A stretch of 63,998 bases of DNA, counting the filler, from Octopus bimaculoides (taxonomy: Eukaryota): assembly GCF_001194135.2 (NCBI RefSeq). It is 8 parts of 8 records of this genome, joined end to end, with 100 filler letters (N's around TTAATTAATTAA, not from the genome) between each part and the next. Parts side by side here need not be neighbours in the genome. Positions count along the whole stretch, not along the records: positions 23,054 to 39,791 come from NC_068981.1; 7 more parts are not named here. The stretch is one strand, 5' to 3'. Below the pieces are notes generated by a model. The model was not told the origin of the DNA, searched no databases, and saw nothing but the letters and a program-made list of their open reading frames with translations. The first letter of the stretch is position 1. The number at the start of each line of letters is the position of its first letter. A program made the position numbers and the translations under genes. Of the stretch, positions 24,536 to 38,376 are shown piece by piece.

Positions 24536-26269
24536 ATAATCTAAGTACTGGCAACCGTCAAAATGGAACACACGGAATTACTGAGATGATAACCGTATTA
24601 GAGGAATATTGCTATTTGCATAACTTAAGAAGTGTTTTTTCATCTATTTTGTGTCTTCTGGCGTCTAACATTCTAATGAGTAGGAATCATTGGATAGAAA
24701 CCTTCAATATCAAATTGAAGCTAGAAGCGTTTGGTTATTTATATTTCGGTTCTATTACTATAAAGCACAATGCATTACCGTACTACTTTTCTTCTATTTT
24801 GGAATTTGGTTTTCTTCTTAATGTTACTATTAATTTTACTGAAATTTTTTTCACAGATAAAGCCTATCACTGTTTTAGCTGAATGTATTAATCCATTTCA
24901 GATTACAGCAGGGTTTTGTTCTTGTTCGTTTGTATTTTTATGCGTGGCCGTTAAGATGGAGATATGCTTCATGCTGAGCAAGATGTTCTTAGATATAAAC
25001 TAATTGCAATTTCTGAGCTATGGTTTTATGTTACTATGTGTTTACATAGTGGTATCTATAATTCTTTGGGATTTTTTTATTATTTCGTACTCGTTCATGT
25101 GTATTATCGTCTACCTCATATAGATTATTTAGTTTATCAATTAAAAGCGTACATAGATTACTGGAATCCTTCTATGAGGAGCTAAACTCTTTCTAAAATG
25201 TGTTTGTGTACTTCCGAAGGGAATTTTGTTAATCATGTATAAGTTATAATTCTTTAATCGGGGAGCATTTACATGTCTTCATTGTATAATGTTCTGTCAC
25301 ATATTTTTTTCTGTGGTCTGTTTCTTATATTTTCTTCAACATCTTTCATTTCGTTATACTCCCCACCACTTGAACTTGCTGCGAAATTACACTTTAAACA
25401 TATTGTTTCTAAATCCGCATTTACAATAGTAAAATCCAAACAATTTATGAATAGCGATGTCCAGGAAAAGAGCGTGGGTTCACACAAACTTATACACGCC
25501 CGGGCCTTCTATAACCAACTTTCTTCAGTGCAATAGCCACGATCACATCGTCCATCAAGCTAAATGCTGTTCTAGGTTATCATATGACTTATCAATACAT
25601 AGATTTCACTATACATCTATATGAAGTTCTTGGATTTGTGCAGAGCGATAATGGTGACCGTATCGTACGCTTGACGAAACACCAATAAGTAGCACACTTT
25701 CCATAAACAACCTTTAAGTATAGATTTATGTACCATTCAGTATTCCACTCCAAGAAATACTACACTAAGAGACTGGAAGTGACTATGGATCGATTCAGTC
25801 GAATACATGCAATGGAGGAAATTGGTTAACGATTCTGAAACAAAACTTGCTAAGGTCAAATACGATATAAAGACATGTAAGCAGTTACCCTATTAAATTT
25901 GAAATACGTAGCACCGTTCGAAACTTATCTCTTAGATATGGTTTCCAGTTTTCTCTTCAATAAATACATACGCCAATAGTGTTTAGAATGAATTTAGCTG
26001 CACATTAAGAATTTGGAAAAATCTAATAATACTCTCCTTTTCTCATATATTACATACAATCTGCACAAAGTGGAAAAGAAATTCGATAAAGAAGTACAAT
26101 ATAAGAAAATCACTTACAACTATAGGAAATTTAGCGCACAAAATTGTAGCAACGCAAAAATGGAAGCAAAAACATAACTGAAAAATTGAAATTAGAAAAG
26201 AATGTCTAAGTGAAGTGCAAAGTATATCTCAATATTATATACTACAAAAAGTTTCTCATCCGCACCTAA

Positions 26270-26930
26270 CTGCAGATTAATAATTCCAGCTACAACAAAG
26301 ATATAACAGAAAAAAATCTTCAGGAAAATTAATAATAGCGTTATGAAGAAAACCCGATTCCAACAAATGAAAAGCAATAGTGCAGTAATAAGCTGGTTTA
26401 GATATATTCATAACAAACACGAAACTAGGTTCACCCAGTTTGGCATTGCATATCCTTTCATTTTTCAAATCCTACAAACTATAAAGCCATACTTCTTCCA
26501 AGAATAAAGAAAATGAACATAATAACTCGCAAACTACTGTGCACATTCCAATGTCTCTCATTCACAAGGAGTCTGTCTGTGTTAATATATCAGGTTCCAA
26601 AAGTTCATTTCTTGTACGGATGTTGTCATACAATATCAGAAATATTTGTAGCCTCGGAGAACGATGAGTACTAGATACACTTAAATTTTGTTTATTTATT
26701 TATTTATTTATTTATATATTAGATTTTATAGGGAAAATAATATGACCGAATCACAACATTCTTATAGACATGTGTAAAATATCTTCAAAAAAATGACTTA
26801 GTGACACCTTCAATAATTTGGGTTCAAACTTACAACGACTAAACTTTGTATAATAAACCTCCTCGACAACACTTTCAGTTTAATTAATGAGAATTATAAA
26901 CAGCACAAAATATGTACATTCCCATTATCA
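26270..26930 (+). pseudogene. Penelope-like element reverse transcriptase remnant
   Basis: CRLIIPATTKI*QKKIFRKINNSVMKKTRFQQMKSNSAVISWFRYIHNKHETRFTQFGIAYP and later INLLDNTFSLINENYKQH..KYVHS resemble PLE RT motifs CRLINP..VIxWF..FDI..YP and VNFLD.TF..YVH. Confidence 0.7.
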
Positions 26931-29920
26931 GCTGCCCAAATGGGTATCACTGTGGTTTCGACACCTGAGTAGCACCGTTCACTCTTGCAGTGTGCACAGC
27001 GTTAAAAATATTAACGCTGTCTGGCAATCCACAAGATTATTACTACAAATGACAGCATAAGAATAAATATTCATAACTTACAACTAATAAATAGTATTTC
27101 TGACAAAGAACTAATTCACAAAAAGACATGCAGATAATACAACAAATATAGAAGGCTAGGTATTTTGCTTCTCAATCAACATCACATAACAGACATGATA
27201 TCACCCCCCCCCCTCTCATAACCAAACTTCCATGTACCTGGAAGTAAGGAAGCAGTGAAAGTTATATATTCGAACATTGTGACGCGTATTATGACTCATA
27301 TTATATAGTATCATTAGAAAAGGAAATTGTTGGTTGCCTATTCAGTCACTGATATGAGCACTTAGATATATGTCATTTTAAAACGTTGTGTTCAACATAA
27401 AATAAGAATACACACCTCTAAAAATGCTATGCATGCTTCGACAATCCATGTAAATACTCTGAAATTACAGAGCCATCCATCTTAAAAAGGCTTGGAAACA
27501 TAAATGTGAAATAGAAAATAGTGGTAATTTTCTGGTTCAGTTATTATGAGTGATGCAACATGTCAAGAATTAAATTGCTTCTGCATCATACTGCAGATAT
27601 CACAAAATTTGTGTAATATATAATGTATCTATGGGTAGAGTTTTGACAATGGGTTATTACCAATAATTTTCTTTTTACGCATATATGTATATATGCATGC
27701 ATGTATGTATAAATATATGTATGTGTGTGTATATTTGTATGCCTGTGTGCATAGTGAATATATATGTTTGTTCAGTTTTTAAATGTATTTAAGTACTGAA
27801 GAATGGTAGAGCATTTAAATATCCTTTTGCAAAACATATCAATGGTAATATCGATATTGGTCATCGATAATATAACTGAGATTTGATAAAACATATAAAT
27901 CCATGTTACACAATCAAACGGTCAAAATATACCAGGAATGGTCAATATTCTTTTCACGTATCCAGTATATAATGAACATTATACTTAGTTTATTGGTACT
28001 TGAGAAATTTAGTATGATATTTGTTATAAATTCTATGATATAACAGGTTAAGTAAGGATTTGAACAGAATATTTTTTACATACCCACCAGACAGCTATTA
28101 ATTTTATGAATAACTAAAAACCACGTACATATATGGTTATCGAAAAAAATTATACTTGGATATTACTTTATTCTTGAATATTATTTTGTAAGTCTAATAC
28201 TGAGTAACGTGAGAAGGTTCCATATTCAAGGCTATTATATCACTGCAAATTGACAATGCGCACCATGGGTTTTGAATCATGATCAACACAACTACTCTAC
28301 TATTTTCTGTACTAACAGTAAATATGCTACACTGAGGAAGAAACTAATTCGAATGCTACCTCGACCAACATTTTTTATGTCTATAGTGATGATTGCTATT
28401 TTATTTTTAATGCTAATCTAAATGGAGAAATGCATGATCATTAAAAAAAAATGTCAAATCAAAATTTACTAAAATTATTCCATCCTTCAATTTGACAAAG
28501 AATATTATTTTATTACCATTACATTTAGGCTCAGCCTCTCATCCATTGCTGGTTTATTGCCCACTAAAGAGTAATAAAATGTATTTTCTATGTCGAATGA
28601 TACGAAGCTGAGCCCATTATAAAAATATAGCTAAAGTGCCTATAAAATGAAGAAATTTCCAACTATATCTATCCTTTGTGACTTAGAAGATATGACGAAA
28701 GAAAGAGAATACAAAATTAATTTTAAAAAGAATACAGCTATGCAACATATCTACAACGAACACATAAAACAGAAGCATTCTTATAATAGCTTTGAAAACT
28801 ATTCAAACATATCCTTCGATTATGCTGCAAGTTGTATAAATAAATACACTCAAGCAACTTAATAAATTGTTGAAACATTTTGAAACATTTTACTAATGAA
28901 GTGGGAACGATATTGACTTTTTAGGTAGTGAACAAAACTTTTTAATTAGACCCTGGTCATTTTCTATGCAATGTAATAAAGCCGAATAATCGATTAATTG
29001 GAATTGAAAATACTACTGTTTTTTTCATTTTTACCTTTCACAAATTAATGAAAGGAGCAGACGGTAATGATTAGATTAGAACTAAGAATGGCAGTGAATC
29101 GATACCGTATATTACTACGTCTAACTTATCAACCAACTGCCAATATTGGAACTAACTAGATACATAAAATTGCATGTATAAACATAAATATGCGGTTATT
29201 TATGTGATGCGACAAAAAGTTGTACCTGGGTGATAAACAAATTTACGTGTGTTTCTTGAGAAGTGCCATAATTTATAATCAGTTGCGTCATTTTATATGA
29301 TTGGCATTGTTCATAAATAATCGATCAGCTAATCCCAAACCCATGTAAATGTTACTGGTATGAACACATGACATTTATAGGGGTACATCACTGAATTTCA
29401 ACAGTCCCTAACTCTTCATTCGACTACCTTGTATATTCAAACTAGGCAGATAACACTGTCTTTTTTTATATGTACGCCTGATGAGTAGCTAGTAAAGAAC
29501 CCCTCGTTGAGTAATTACTACTTCTGAGGTTCAGTTGCAAGGAAGCATATGTAGCCTGGATTTTACCTGCTCCATTCCCTAAATTTGAATTTTTATTCAC
29601 ATACATGGTAACCCTAGTTCCTAACCGTGAACTATAAAACAACTTTTTCCAGCTTATCGTAGTTTGATGTGGGAAACATTTACAACCCTTTATGCCAATA
29701 AATCACTGTTGATCCTGGAAGTCGTTTTTATGCTTTCTACGAAATGTTTGAAGCTTACTAACTTCCTACACCTGGATCAATGGATCTTACTTTTACATAT
29801 CATTATGTGTGTGTGTGTGTGTGTGTGTGAATGTGTGTGTGTGTGCATGTGTGTGTGTAAGAGTATGTGTTTGTGCGTAAGTATGTGTGTGTAAGTGTAT
29901 GCGTGAGTGTATATGTATGT

Positions 29921-30200
29921 GTGAACCGCATGACTCAGTGATTAGAGCGTCGGGCTCACCATCATGAGGTAATGAGTTCGATTCCCGGAGCAGGCTGTGT
30001 GTTGTGTTCTTAAGCAAAACAATTTATTTCACATTGCCCCGTTTCACCCAGCTGTAGAAATAAGCTGCGAAGTCTGGTGCCAAGATGTATCGGCTATTGC
30101 CTTTCCCTTGGATAACATCGGTGGCGTGGAGAAGGGCGGCTAGTATGCATAGGTGACTGCTGCTATTTCTCGGAGGGTAAGTTTCTAGGTGCAATCCCAT
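29921..30200 (+). mobile_element. tRNA-headed SINE, CORE-like centre, tail C
   Basis: GACTCAGTGATTAGAGCGTCGGGCTC..GAGTTCGATTCCCGG..GTGTTGTGTTCTTAAGCAAAACAATTTATTTCACATTGC, then a tail unlike A or B (CCTTTCCCTTGGATAACATCGGTGGCGTGG). Confidence 0.8.
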
Positions 30201-30339
30201 ATATATACATATAAATTTCCTATGCCAATATGCTTAAAAATAGAACTTAAACCGTCTAACCACATACAATATTTTTCACTATAAATACACTGCGTGCTGA
30301 ATTGAGGAAAGCAAGCGAACAGAAATTTTTAATTCGTTA

Positions 30340-30607
30340 TTCCCGAATCGGTCAGATTTCTGGATTAATCCACAAGGATTCTTCCTTCTTCAGCGAGAAA
30401 TACGTGAGATTTCCAAAATTTACACGTGTGCTGAGGCCTGCTAGAGAATTTCTGTTTGGATATATTTGGGGTACATATATGTACTCATGATTTTGCATCT
30501 GTTTTTTCGGTGGGTATATGTGAGTGTTCCATTTATTTCTAATCGTATTTCTCGCTGAAGAAGGAAGAATCCTTGCGGGTTAATCCAAAACTCTGTCCGA
30601 TAGGGAA
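30340..30607. mobile_element. ~270-bp inverted-repeat element (65-bp arms) inside the mariner
   Basis: 30340-30404 and 30544-30607 are reverse complements with few mismatches, including an uninterrupted CAAGGATTCTTCCTTCTTCAGCGAGAAATACG block. Confidence 0.8.
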
Positions 30608-30611
30608 AAGA

Positions 30612-31121
30612 GAAACACCGGCATTCTAAGCTAAAGAATGTCTTCACCCACGTAAGGTGTTGTTATCTGTTTGGTGAGATATAAAAAGTTTATTCCACTT
30701 TGAACTTTTAAATCCAAACCAAACGATAACAAAGGCGATCTACTGTGAGCAGCTTCAGCGGCTTCAGTCAGTGCTAGAAGAAAAACGACCATCTTTGATT
30801 TTAAGACGATTGGTGTTCTTCCATCAGGATAATGCTCGGCCATATACAGTGAGGATGACATTCCAAAAGCTGAAGCAGTTTGAATGGGAAACGAGGTCTC
30901 ACCCACCATCTTCGCCGGACATTGCTCCATCTGATTATTATTTATTCCACAGTCTTCAAAATCATTTGGATGGAAAAAATATGGATTCTGTAGACGAGGT
31001 GAAAACCGTACTGGAGGAATATTCTTCGTCACGGACAAGTGAACTTTGGAAGAGGGGCCTTGCAAGTCTACCACATAGATGGTAGAGCATTGTAGAAAAT
31101 GGAAAGTATATTTTAGATTAA
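30612..31121 (+). pseudogene. Mariner DD34D transposase C-terminal half with in-frame stops
   Basis: LHPRKVLLSVW*D..FHQDNARP..HPPSSPDIAPSDYYLFHSLQ..GLASLPHRW*SIVENGKYILD*; 34 residues between the second and third Asp. The first catalytic Asp region is deleted. Confidence 0.92.
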
Positions 31122-32934
31122 AAGGAACTTTGTTTATTTTAATTTTGAAAAATAAAAGAAGTATAAAAAAACGCATTATCTATGGGATGACCTGATAGAT
31201 AATTCATTGAGATTATTCACTAAGTGCTTTAATTAATTATTGGTTTGATTTTGACCTCTTTAAATTGAGAAGGCGTTTTGTAATAATATTAGACTTTTGT
31301 AATGTGTTATTCTGTAGACATCCGGAAGATTTAATCAGACAAAGAAATATATGATTGCTCTGGGGAATTTTCATGTGAAATAGAATAAATAGCATGTAAA
31401 AATTGTAACATTAACGCTTGATATAATATCACGTTTTACTTGAAAATCATATATATGTCATTTAATGCTGCAGATATCAAACTGTCTGACAGCATTACTG
31501 AATATTTGAGCTTTCTTTCCATAAAGACAATCAAAGTGCGATTTTAATGTCAGCCAGGTAATTTAATGCTAGACGTTCTCACTTGTGTACATGCACAATT
31601 TGAGCATTGCGAATATTCAAAATATGATTAGACAGAATGATATAAATTGAATTCATTGTCTGTAATAGAAAGAAAACAACCTAGAGATATTTTCCTCATT
31701 ACAATCTAAATACATTATAGATTTCTTTTGGCACATGACTAAACTGTTTTAGTGTAGGGTATATGATCATTAGAATTATTACTTGCTTCACCGATTCTAG
31801 AATGATTATTTGAAACATAAATACAGACTGCATCAGACTGTGATGCAACACATCTAAGAGCTGCAAGGCATATATTCAATCCTGGAATTCTAACATTACT
31901 GCCAACACGTCGATATCAATAGATCTAACATTTATGCTTTAATAGTTAAAGGGAACTGGCCAATTGAATATAGTGATGAGCTATCAGCTATAGCATCGTG
32001 ATTTTGAGTGTGCGGCCGACGTTTTATTGTATTTATTAAAGATTTCTTAAATTCACCGTGCTTCAGATGACCTATCAATTGATACTCGCTTCTGTATATT
32101 GAGAGAATATTTCTTTGGCTTCAATTCTAACAAGATTATCAAAAGATGACTACTCTAGTGGGTATTTCTCTACAGTATTCTGCAGTTGAATTAATTGAGA
32201 AACGATCAGCGTTTATCTTCGACTCCATGTCATTACTTTTCAACTGTTATCTATAATATTATTCTGCTTAGTAACTGCGTATCTTAGGTGTTTAAATGAT
32301 AGCTGAAATGAAAAGCAAAAAAGAAAGAGAAGGGTGTGAATAGAAAGGAACCTACTAGAGGTGAAAGTTCGGAGAAAGCAAACGATATTAATTATGCAGT
32401 TAAGAAGTTACATGTAAGGAGAAGCACAAACAGAGAAAGAGAAGGCTTTCGAAAGAGAGGACGTAGGCAGAGGTAGAGGTAAGGATACGTTATTTAAAAA
32501 CATGCAATTAAACATGCAATACGCGGGGGAACGCAGTAGATGTTAAATTTGTGGTGATGTTATCGCGAAGGATATTGACTAATGAATCGGGGTTGCGTGG
32601 TTATGAGAATGATGGATACAGTGATGAGTGTAGTAATTCTATTGCACTATACTATCTTTTAAATCGTCATGCATGTGCTTTATAGCAATTAAGTGTCGTC
32701 TGCTAAGCCGACAATTTCAGATGTGTTTGACACTAATATTCTACTTCGACCTGGGTTTGTACTGCTGTAACTATTGAAAGAAGGGTAATACAGTATTCAC
32801 ATTGATTATATGTAAGAACATTGTGTGTGTGTGTGCGTGTGTCTCAGTATCGAGCGTCAAACTAATACATCCTTTTGTTGTTTACACCACCTGTCCTCGT
32901 CTGTTGTGTTTTTTTTTTCGTACATTCTCCCATA

Positions 32935-32973
<39 letters not shown>

Positions 32974-33621
32974 NNNNNNNNNNNNNNNNNNNNNNNNNNN
33001 NNNNNNNNNNNNNNNNNNNNNNNNNNNNNNNNNNNNNNNNNNNNNNNNNNNNNNNNNNNNNNNNNNNNNNNNNNNNNNNNNNNNNNNNNNNNNNNNNNNN
33101 NNNNNNNNNNNNNNNNNNNNNNNNNNNNNNNNNNNNNNNNNNNNNNNNNNNNNNNNNNNNNNNNNNNNNNNNNNNNNNNNNNNNNNNNNNNNNNNNNNNN
33201 NNNNNNNNNNNNNNNNNNNNNNNNNNNNNNNNNNCATACATATACACACACACATGTATGAATGTTTGTATTTATGTATGTACGTATGGTTGTACGTATG
33301 TATGCATGTACACTGCACGTTGCCACCAATAAGAAAAAGAATGATTTAGATCAAAGGTTTATTCAAATGTTTAGATCAAAGGTTTACTCTATTAACATGT
33401 ATACATATACGCAAATGACATTACGCACTCGAATGGAAGTAACTTAATTCTACAACAACTATATTTGTGATTAAACCAAACTCATTCTTTTTCTCATCCC
33501 CCTATCTCTCTCTTTCTTTCTCTCTCTGTCTGTCTCTCTGTTTTTCTATCTCTCTCTCTCGCTCACTCTCTCTCTCTCTCCCTCTCTCCATCCCTCTCTC
33601 TCTATCTATCTCCCTCTCTCT

Positions 33622-33663
<42 letters not shown>

Positions 33664-33982
33664 ACACACTTCTTTCATATCACGTTCTTTCTCGCTCCGT
33701 TCATGGTTAGCATTTAACTTTAGGGTTTCATGTTAGCACTTAAGATAACAATTCTGAGTTAGGATAAGGATTACGTTTACGCAGAAACTGAAAAGGGATT
33801 CATAAGATTTGAATTTTTAAAGAATTGAACTGGCATATGTTGGGAATATCTTCTTAAAAGAAGAAAAACAAAAGTGTCTACAAAGTGTTCTTGGTCCAAA
33901 ATTTCGCTGTCTTTTACGAAAAGATTTACAATAAGTCAGATAAAGTGATTTGCGACCTTACAGATGATTCTCTGAGTCATTA

Positions 33983-34012
33983 ACTCGGGCAACGCCGGGT
34001 ACTTCAGCTAGT
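33983..34012 (+). mobile_element. Helitron/DINE-type 3' terminus
   Basis: CTCGG-GCAACG-CCGGG hairpin followed by TACTTCAG-CTAG-T; a subterminal hairpin plus CTAG end is the Helitron signature. 5' end not defined. Confidence 0.65.
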
Positions 34013-34339
34013 ATACACACACACATGTATATAGATATAGATATTAGCACATACACACACACATACTAACATACACACGCACGCACTCACACACACTCGC
34101 ACACGCATACACACACTCACACAAAGACAGGCACACACATACACACATACAGTTTATTTCTGTGTTCCTTTCTGTCGAAGAGCGTAGGCTCGATACGTAA
34201 AAGACTTTCTTACTTCCCGAGCGTTAAACTAATACATCTGTTTGTTGTTTACACCACCTGTCTTCGTCTTTTGTGGGGTTTTTTTGTAAATTCTCACTAT
34301 ATAAACATATATATATATATGTGTGTGTATATATGTGTA

Positions 34340-34374
<35 letters not shown>

Positions 34375-34661
34375 NNNNNNNNNNNNNNNNNNNNNNNNNN
34401 NNNNNNNNNNNNNNNNNNNNNNNNNNNNNNNNNNNNNNNNNNNNNNNNNNNNNNNNNNNNNNNNNNNNNNNATGAGTCGAACAGTTAAAATATGTTTGAC
34501 TTTCCTCAATTTCCAAATGGGAATTTTATGTTAACTACATCCCAGAGATGGTGCCTTGTATCTTTGTTGGAAACTGGCTCCCTCCTCATTGGAAGATTTA
34601 TAATAATTAGAAAAATACAAGAGACATACATAAATAGAGAGGCTTGCTTCCAAGCAGATTC

Positions 34662-34895
34662 ATATTTCTTTATTGCCCACAAGGGGCTAAACATAGAGGG
34701 GACAAACAAGGACAGACAAAGGGATTAAGTCGATTACATCGACTCTAGTGCGTAACTGGTACTTAATTTATCTACCCCGAAAGAATGAAAAGCAAAGTCG
34801 ACCTCGGCGGAATTAGAACTCAGAACGTAGCGGCAGACGAAATACCGCTAAGTATTTAGCCCGTTCTTCTAACGATTCTGCCAGCTCACCACCTT
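34662..34895 (-). mobile_element. Meta-like SINE, full length, alternative tail (TTTGTCTGTCCTTGTTTGTCCCCTC..GCCCCTTGTGGGCAATAAAG)
   Basis: Same head and centre as 11391-11608 but a different 3' module; tail-only fragments at ~21225-21280 and ~44305-44370. Confidence 0.85.
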
Positions 34896-35638
34896 CCATG
34901 CAGATTCTGCCCACTGAATTTCAACTAAGGCGTTAATCAACCTGAGACTATAATAAAAATATTTTGCCCGGTTTGTACGCAGTATGATCATATCTAGAAC
35001 CACTTGACTTTAAATCGTACTATTTGTTCACACACCCATGCCTGAACCAATATTGTAAATATGACTTTTCATAATCGACACCTCAGTGAATCAGCTACTA
35101 TACTATATTCCCCGCAGGCGTTGATCCATGTCTATTTATATGAACTTTGCTATGATATCAAAGTTAGGATGTAAGGGTGTGATATTTGTTAATGCTTTAC
35201 GGGTGCAATCATAGTGACAGCAAAATATTAGTATGATGTTATAAATTTCGTTACGTGGTAACAATTGTTTACTGTTAGACGTAAATGAAAAATAATAGAT
35301 TACAGTTCGTAAGGTGACAAGTGTATAACACAGTGTATTGTTTTCAAAAATGTTTTCTCCTAAGACTGTATTTTTAACACTGCATATGAGAACTTTGACA
35401 CCATCTCAAGAATTAACTGCTTCGAAAACTGAATGCACTATGAAAATAAGTTATATATTACAATAGTTGTTTATAAACTTCCCATCATCTAACCGTAGAA
35501 TTTCTACGACTACGGCTATTATCTAAATGATTACTCCATCAATCGTTTTCTCAGGAGATTCTTTCTTCGAAAATATGCTTTAACTCATGTTCCTCACTTC
35601 TCGTTCAATTCTCTATTCTACATCATTATTAACATTTA

Positions 35639-35639
<1 letters not shown>

Positions 35640-35717
<78 letters not shown>

Positions 35718-35736
35718 GGTAGTGATGGTGGTGGTG

Positions 35737-35775
<39 letters not shown>

Positions 35776-35790
35776 ATCGTCCTTGTGCTG
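35640..35790. repeat. Compound trinucleotide tract (GTA)n-(GTG)n-(GTC)n
   Basis: Direct reading; source of poly-V and poly-T ORFs. Confidence 0.95.
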
Positions 35791-37222
35791 GTGATGGTGG
35801 TAGCACTTGTTTTTCTGATTGTTCTTGTTGCAGTGGAGATGGCAGTGGTGATGTTCACGGTAATATTTCTTTCATTCGTTCAGAGGACAACTAAGAATAA
35901 ATCATGAGACTTTCTGTATCTACGTTTTAACTTTCTATCTCCAAATGCGCCCGCGTTCACAAACATATATCTATTAACAGACACGCAGGTGTGCGTGTAC
36001 GCACATCTTTTTACTGAAAATATTATTTATGTAACACACGTACTCCTTAATTTTTTACCCATTTGTAGAAATATTTTGGGAATATTTTTGTGCCACTCTC
36101 TTTCCTTTACTTTGTTTCTCTTAATTTTCTCTCTTTCTCCCTTTCTCTCTCTCATCCTTTCTCTCTCTCTCTTCCTTTTTCTCTCTCTTTCTATGACCCT
36201 CCTCCCAATATCACGTGACCCGTGACAACCTAAGACGGTTTCATTCTTTTTCACGTTATATTCGTCGCGATTTTCTGCTCTCCTCACTCTACACCTCCCA
36301 TGTCTATAGTCCTTTAGTTTTCACTCCTCTTTTGCGTTACCCACAATTGTCTTGTCTTGCAGCCTCAATGTTTGTTTGTCTTTTTGCATATGTATAATTA
36401 TATTATTAACTGTGGTCTACGTCTGGCCCTAAACCTTTATTTTGTTCATTGTTTTGTCCCTCGTCCATCCAATAACGGTTTCATCTCGAGCCTGTACCAT
36501 TTTCTTACGTTTTGGTCCCATTACCGACAAATTTCTTGCTGGTGCCTCCAGAGTGGAAGTAATATTATCGTTAATGGCCAGAATTGCATTTGACCGTCTG
36601 GCCGATAACTGATGAGGAGTTAGTAACCTTCTGTGTTTTCTGCTCGTCTGTTTATTTAGTATATGTTCTTTTTGTTTATTTACTGCAGGCATTTTTTAAT
36701 TATATAATAAAGCTCAATGTCTGTGTGTCTGTGTGTCTGTGTGTCTGTGTGTCTGTGTGTCTGTACATGTATAGAACAAAAGGGAACAGAAGGTACATAA
36801 AAACAAAGTATGTGTTCTCATGCAAAATTTTACGAGAAACACGAAGAACTACATCAAATTTACTTTCCATTGCGATTACGGGGATTAAAATGGGGAAAGC
36901 AACACCTGTGAAATTTCAAATACCTCCGATTTCAATGAAAATAACAACATAACTACTACGATTTTCAAAATTTCACCATCTTACAATATGATTTAATCCC
37001 CCTAATAAGGTTTCTCACACGGGACAGAGTCCCTTTCAGAGTGCAAATACATCCACTTTTCAAGGAGGATACATACAATTTAAGTATGTGTTCTTAGAAT
37101 ACGTGTACTACAAAGCTTCAACTATGCATATCTCATATATATATATATGCGTGTGTGTATGTATGTATATATATACATATATATATGTATTTGTATATGC
37201 CTATATGTATATATATAAACAC

Positions 37223-37284
<62 letters not shown>

Positions 37285-38341
37285 ATATATGAGGCATAAA
37301 TGTAAATATACCTATATACATATGTATATATATATATGTATATATATATATGCGTATACATATATGTATATATACATATATATATGTGTGTATATATACA
37401 TATATATACATATATATGTATATACATGTATATATATGTATATGTAGAAAATATATATATATATATTTATATATACATGTATATATATGCATATATACGT
37501 ATATATATAAGAATATATACAAATATATATATGTATAAATGCATATATATATAATTATAGAGGGTAAGATTAATTAATTAATTGATGAATTAATTAGTTA
37601 ATGTTACGGAATATTATTATTAAAATTTTGATTTACTCCCTGAATGAAACTGCAGTTTGCTGTGGAATAATTCGTAACACACACGTTAGTATACAAGATA
37701 AATATGCATTCACATTCGGCTGTAAATTTTTGGGAGTACGGTTGAATATCAGTTATGCGATGACGCTTGTTCGTGTGCATATTTAATTCTAACACTCACA
37801 AATTTATAATTCGAAATATCACAATGAGGAGAGAAATAGGGGAATATAATTTAGTTTAATCTTGAAACGCGTCTGTGATTAATCGAAGTCGTGTGGATTA
37901 ATCATTTTTCTTTCTGCCTACATAAAAAAGTGTGTTTTTTGTGTCGGTGATACTTATGATAGTTGAAATGATATTAGCGTCTATTTCTAATTTCGGTACG
38001 TGGCGAAGCAATTAACTGACCCCTGAGTATAATTATGTATATAAATATAGAATATTATATATAAATATATATATGTATGTGTGTGTGAATGTGTGTTTGT
38101 GTGTGTGTGTATGTATGTATGCATGTATAATCTATATGTATATATATACATGTATATGTATATACATGTATATATATATGTATATATGTTTATACATGTA
38201 TATATATGTACATATATATATATATACATGTATGTACATATATAAGTATATATGCATAAATATATATGTATACATATATATACATATATATTTATACTCC
38301 TGCATATATAAATGTACACATATGTGTATATATATATTTGT

Positions 38342-38376
<35 letters not shown>

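Larger units (their letters stand above)
30210..31197 (+). mobile_element. Mariner DNA transposon, internally deleted; 3' TIR at 31166-31197
   Basis: Transposase remnant below; right end AAAAAACGCATTATCTATGGGATGACCTGATA; intact left TIR not found. Confidence 0.8.

Noticed and set aside
25550-25840. Possible LINE C-terminal remnant (..ETG..WRKLV)
   Set aside because: Too few motif residues across broken frames to call.
37570-37581. TTAATTAATTAA outside a gap
   Set aside because: No N flanks; ordinary AT-rich simple repeat, not a join spacer.
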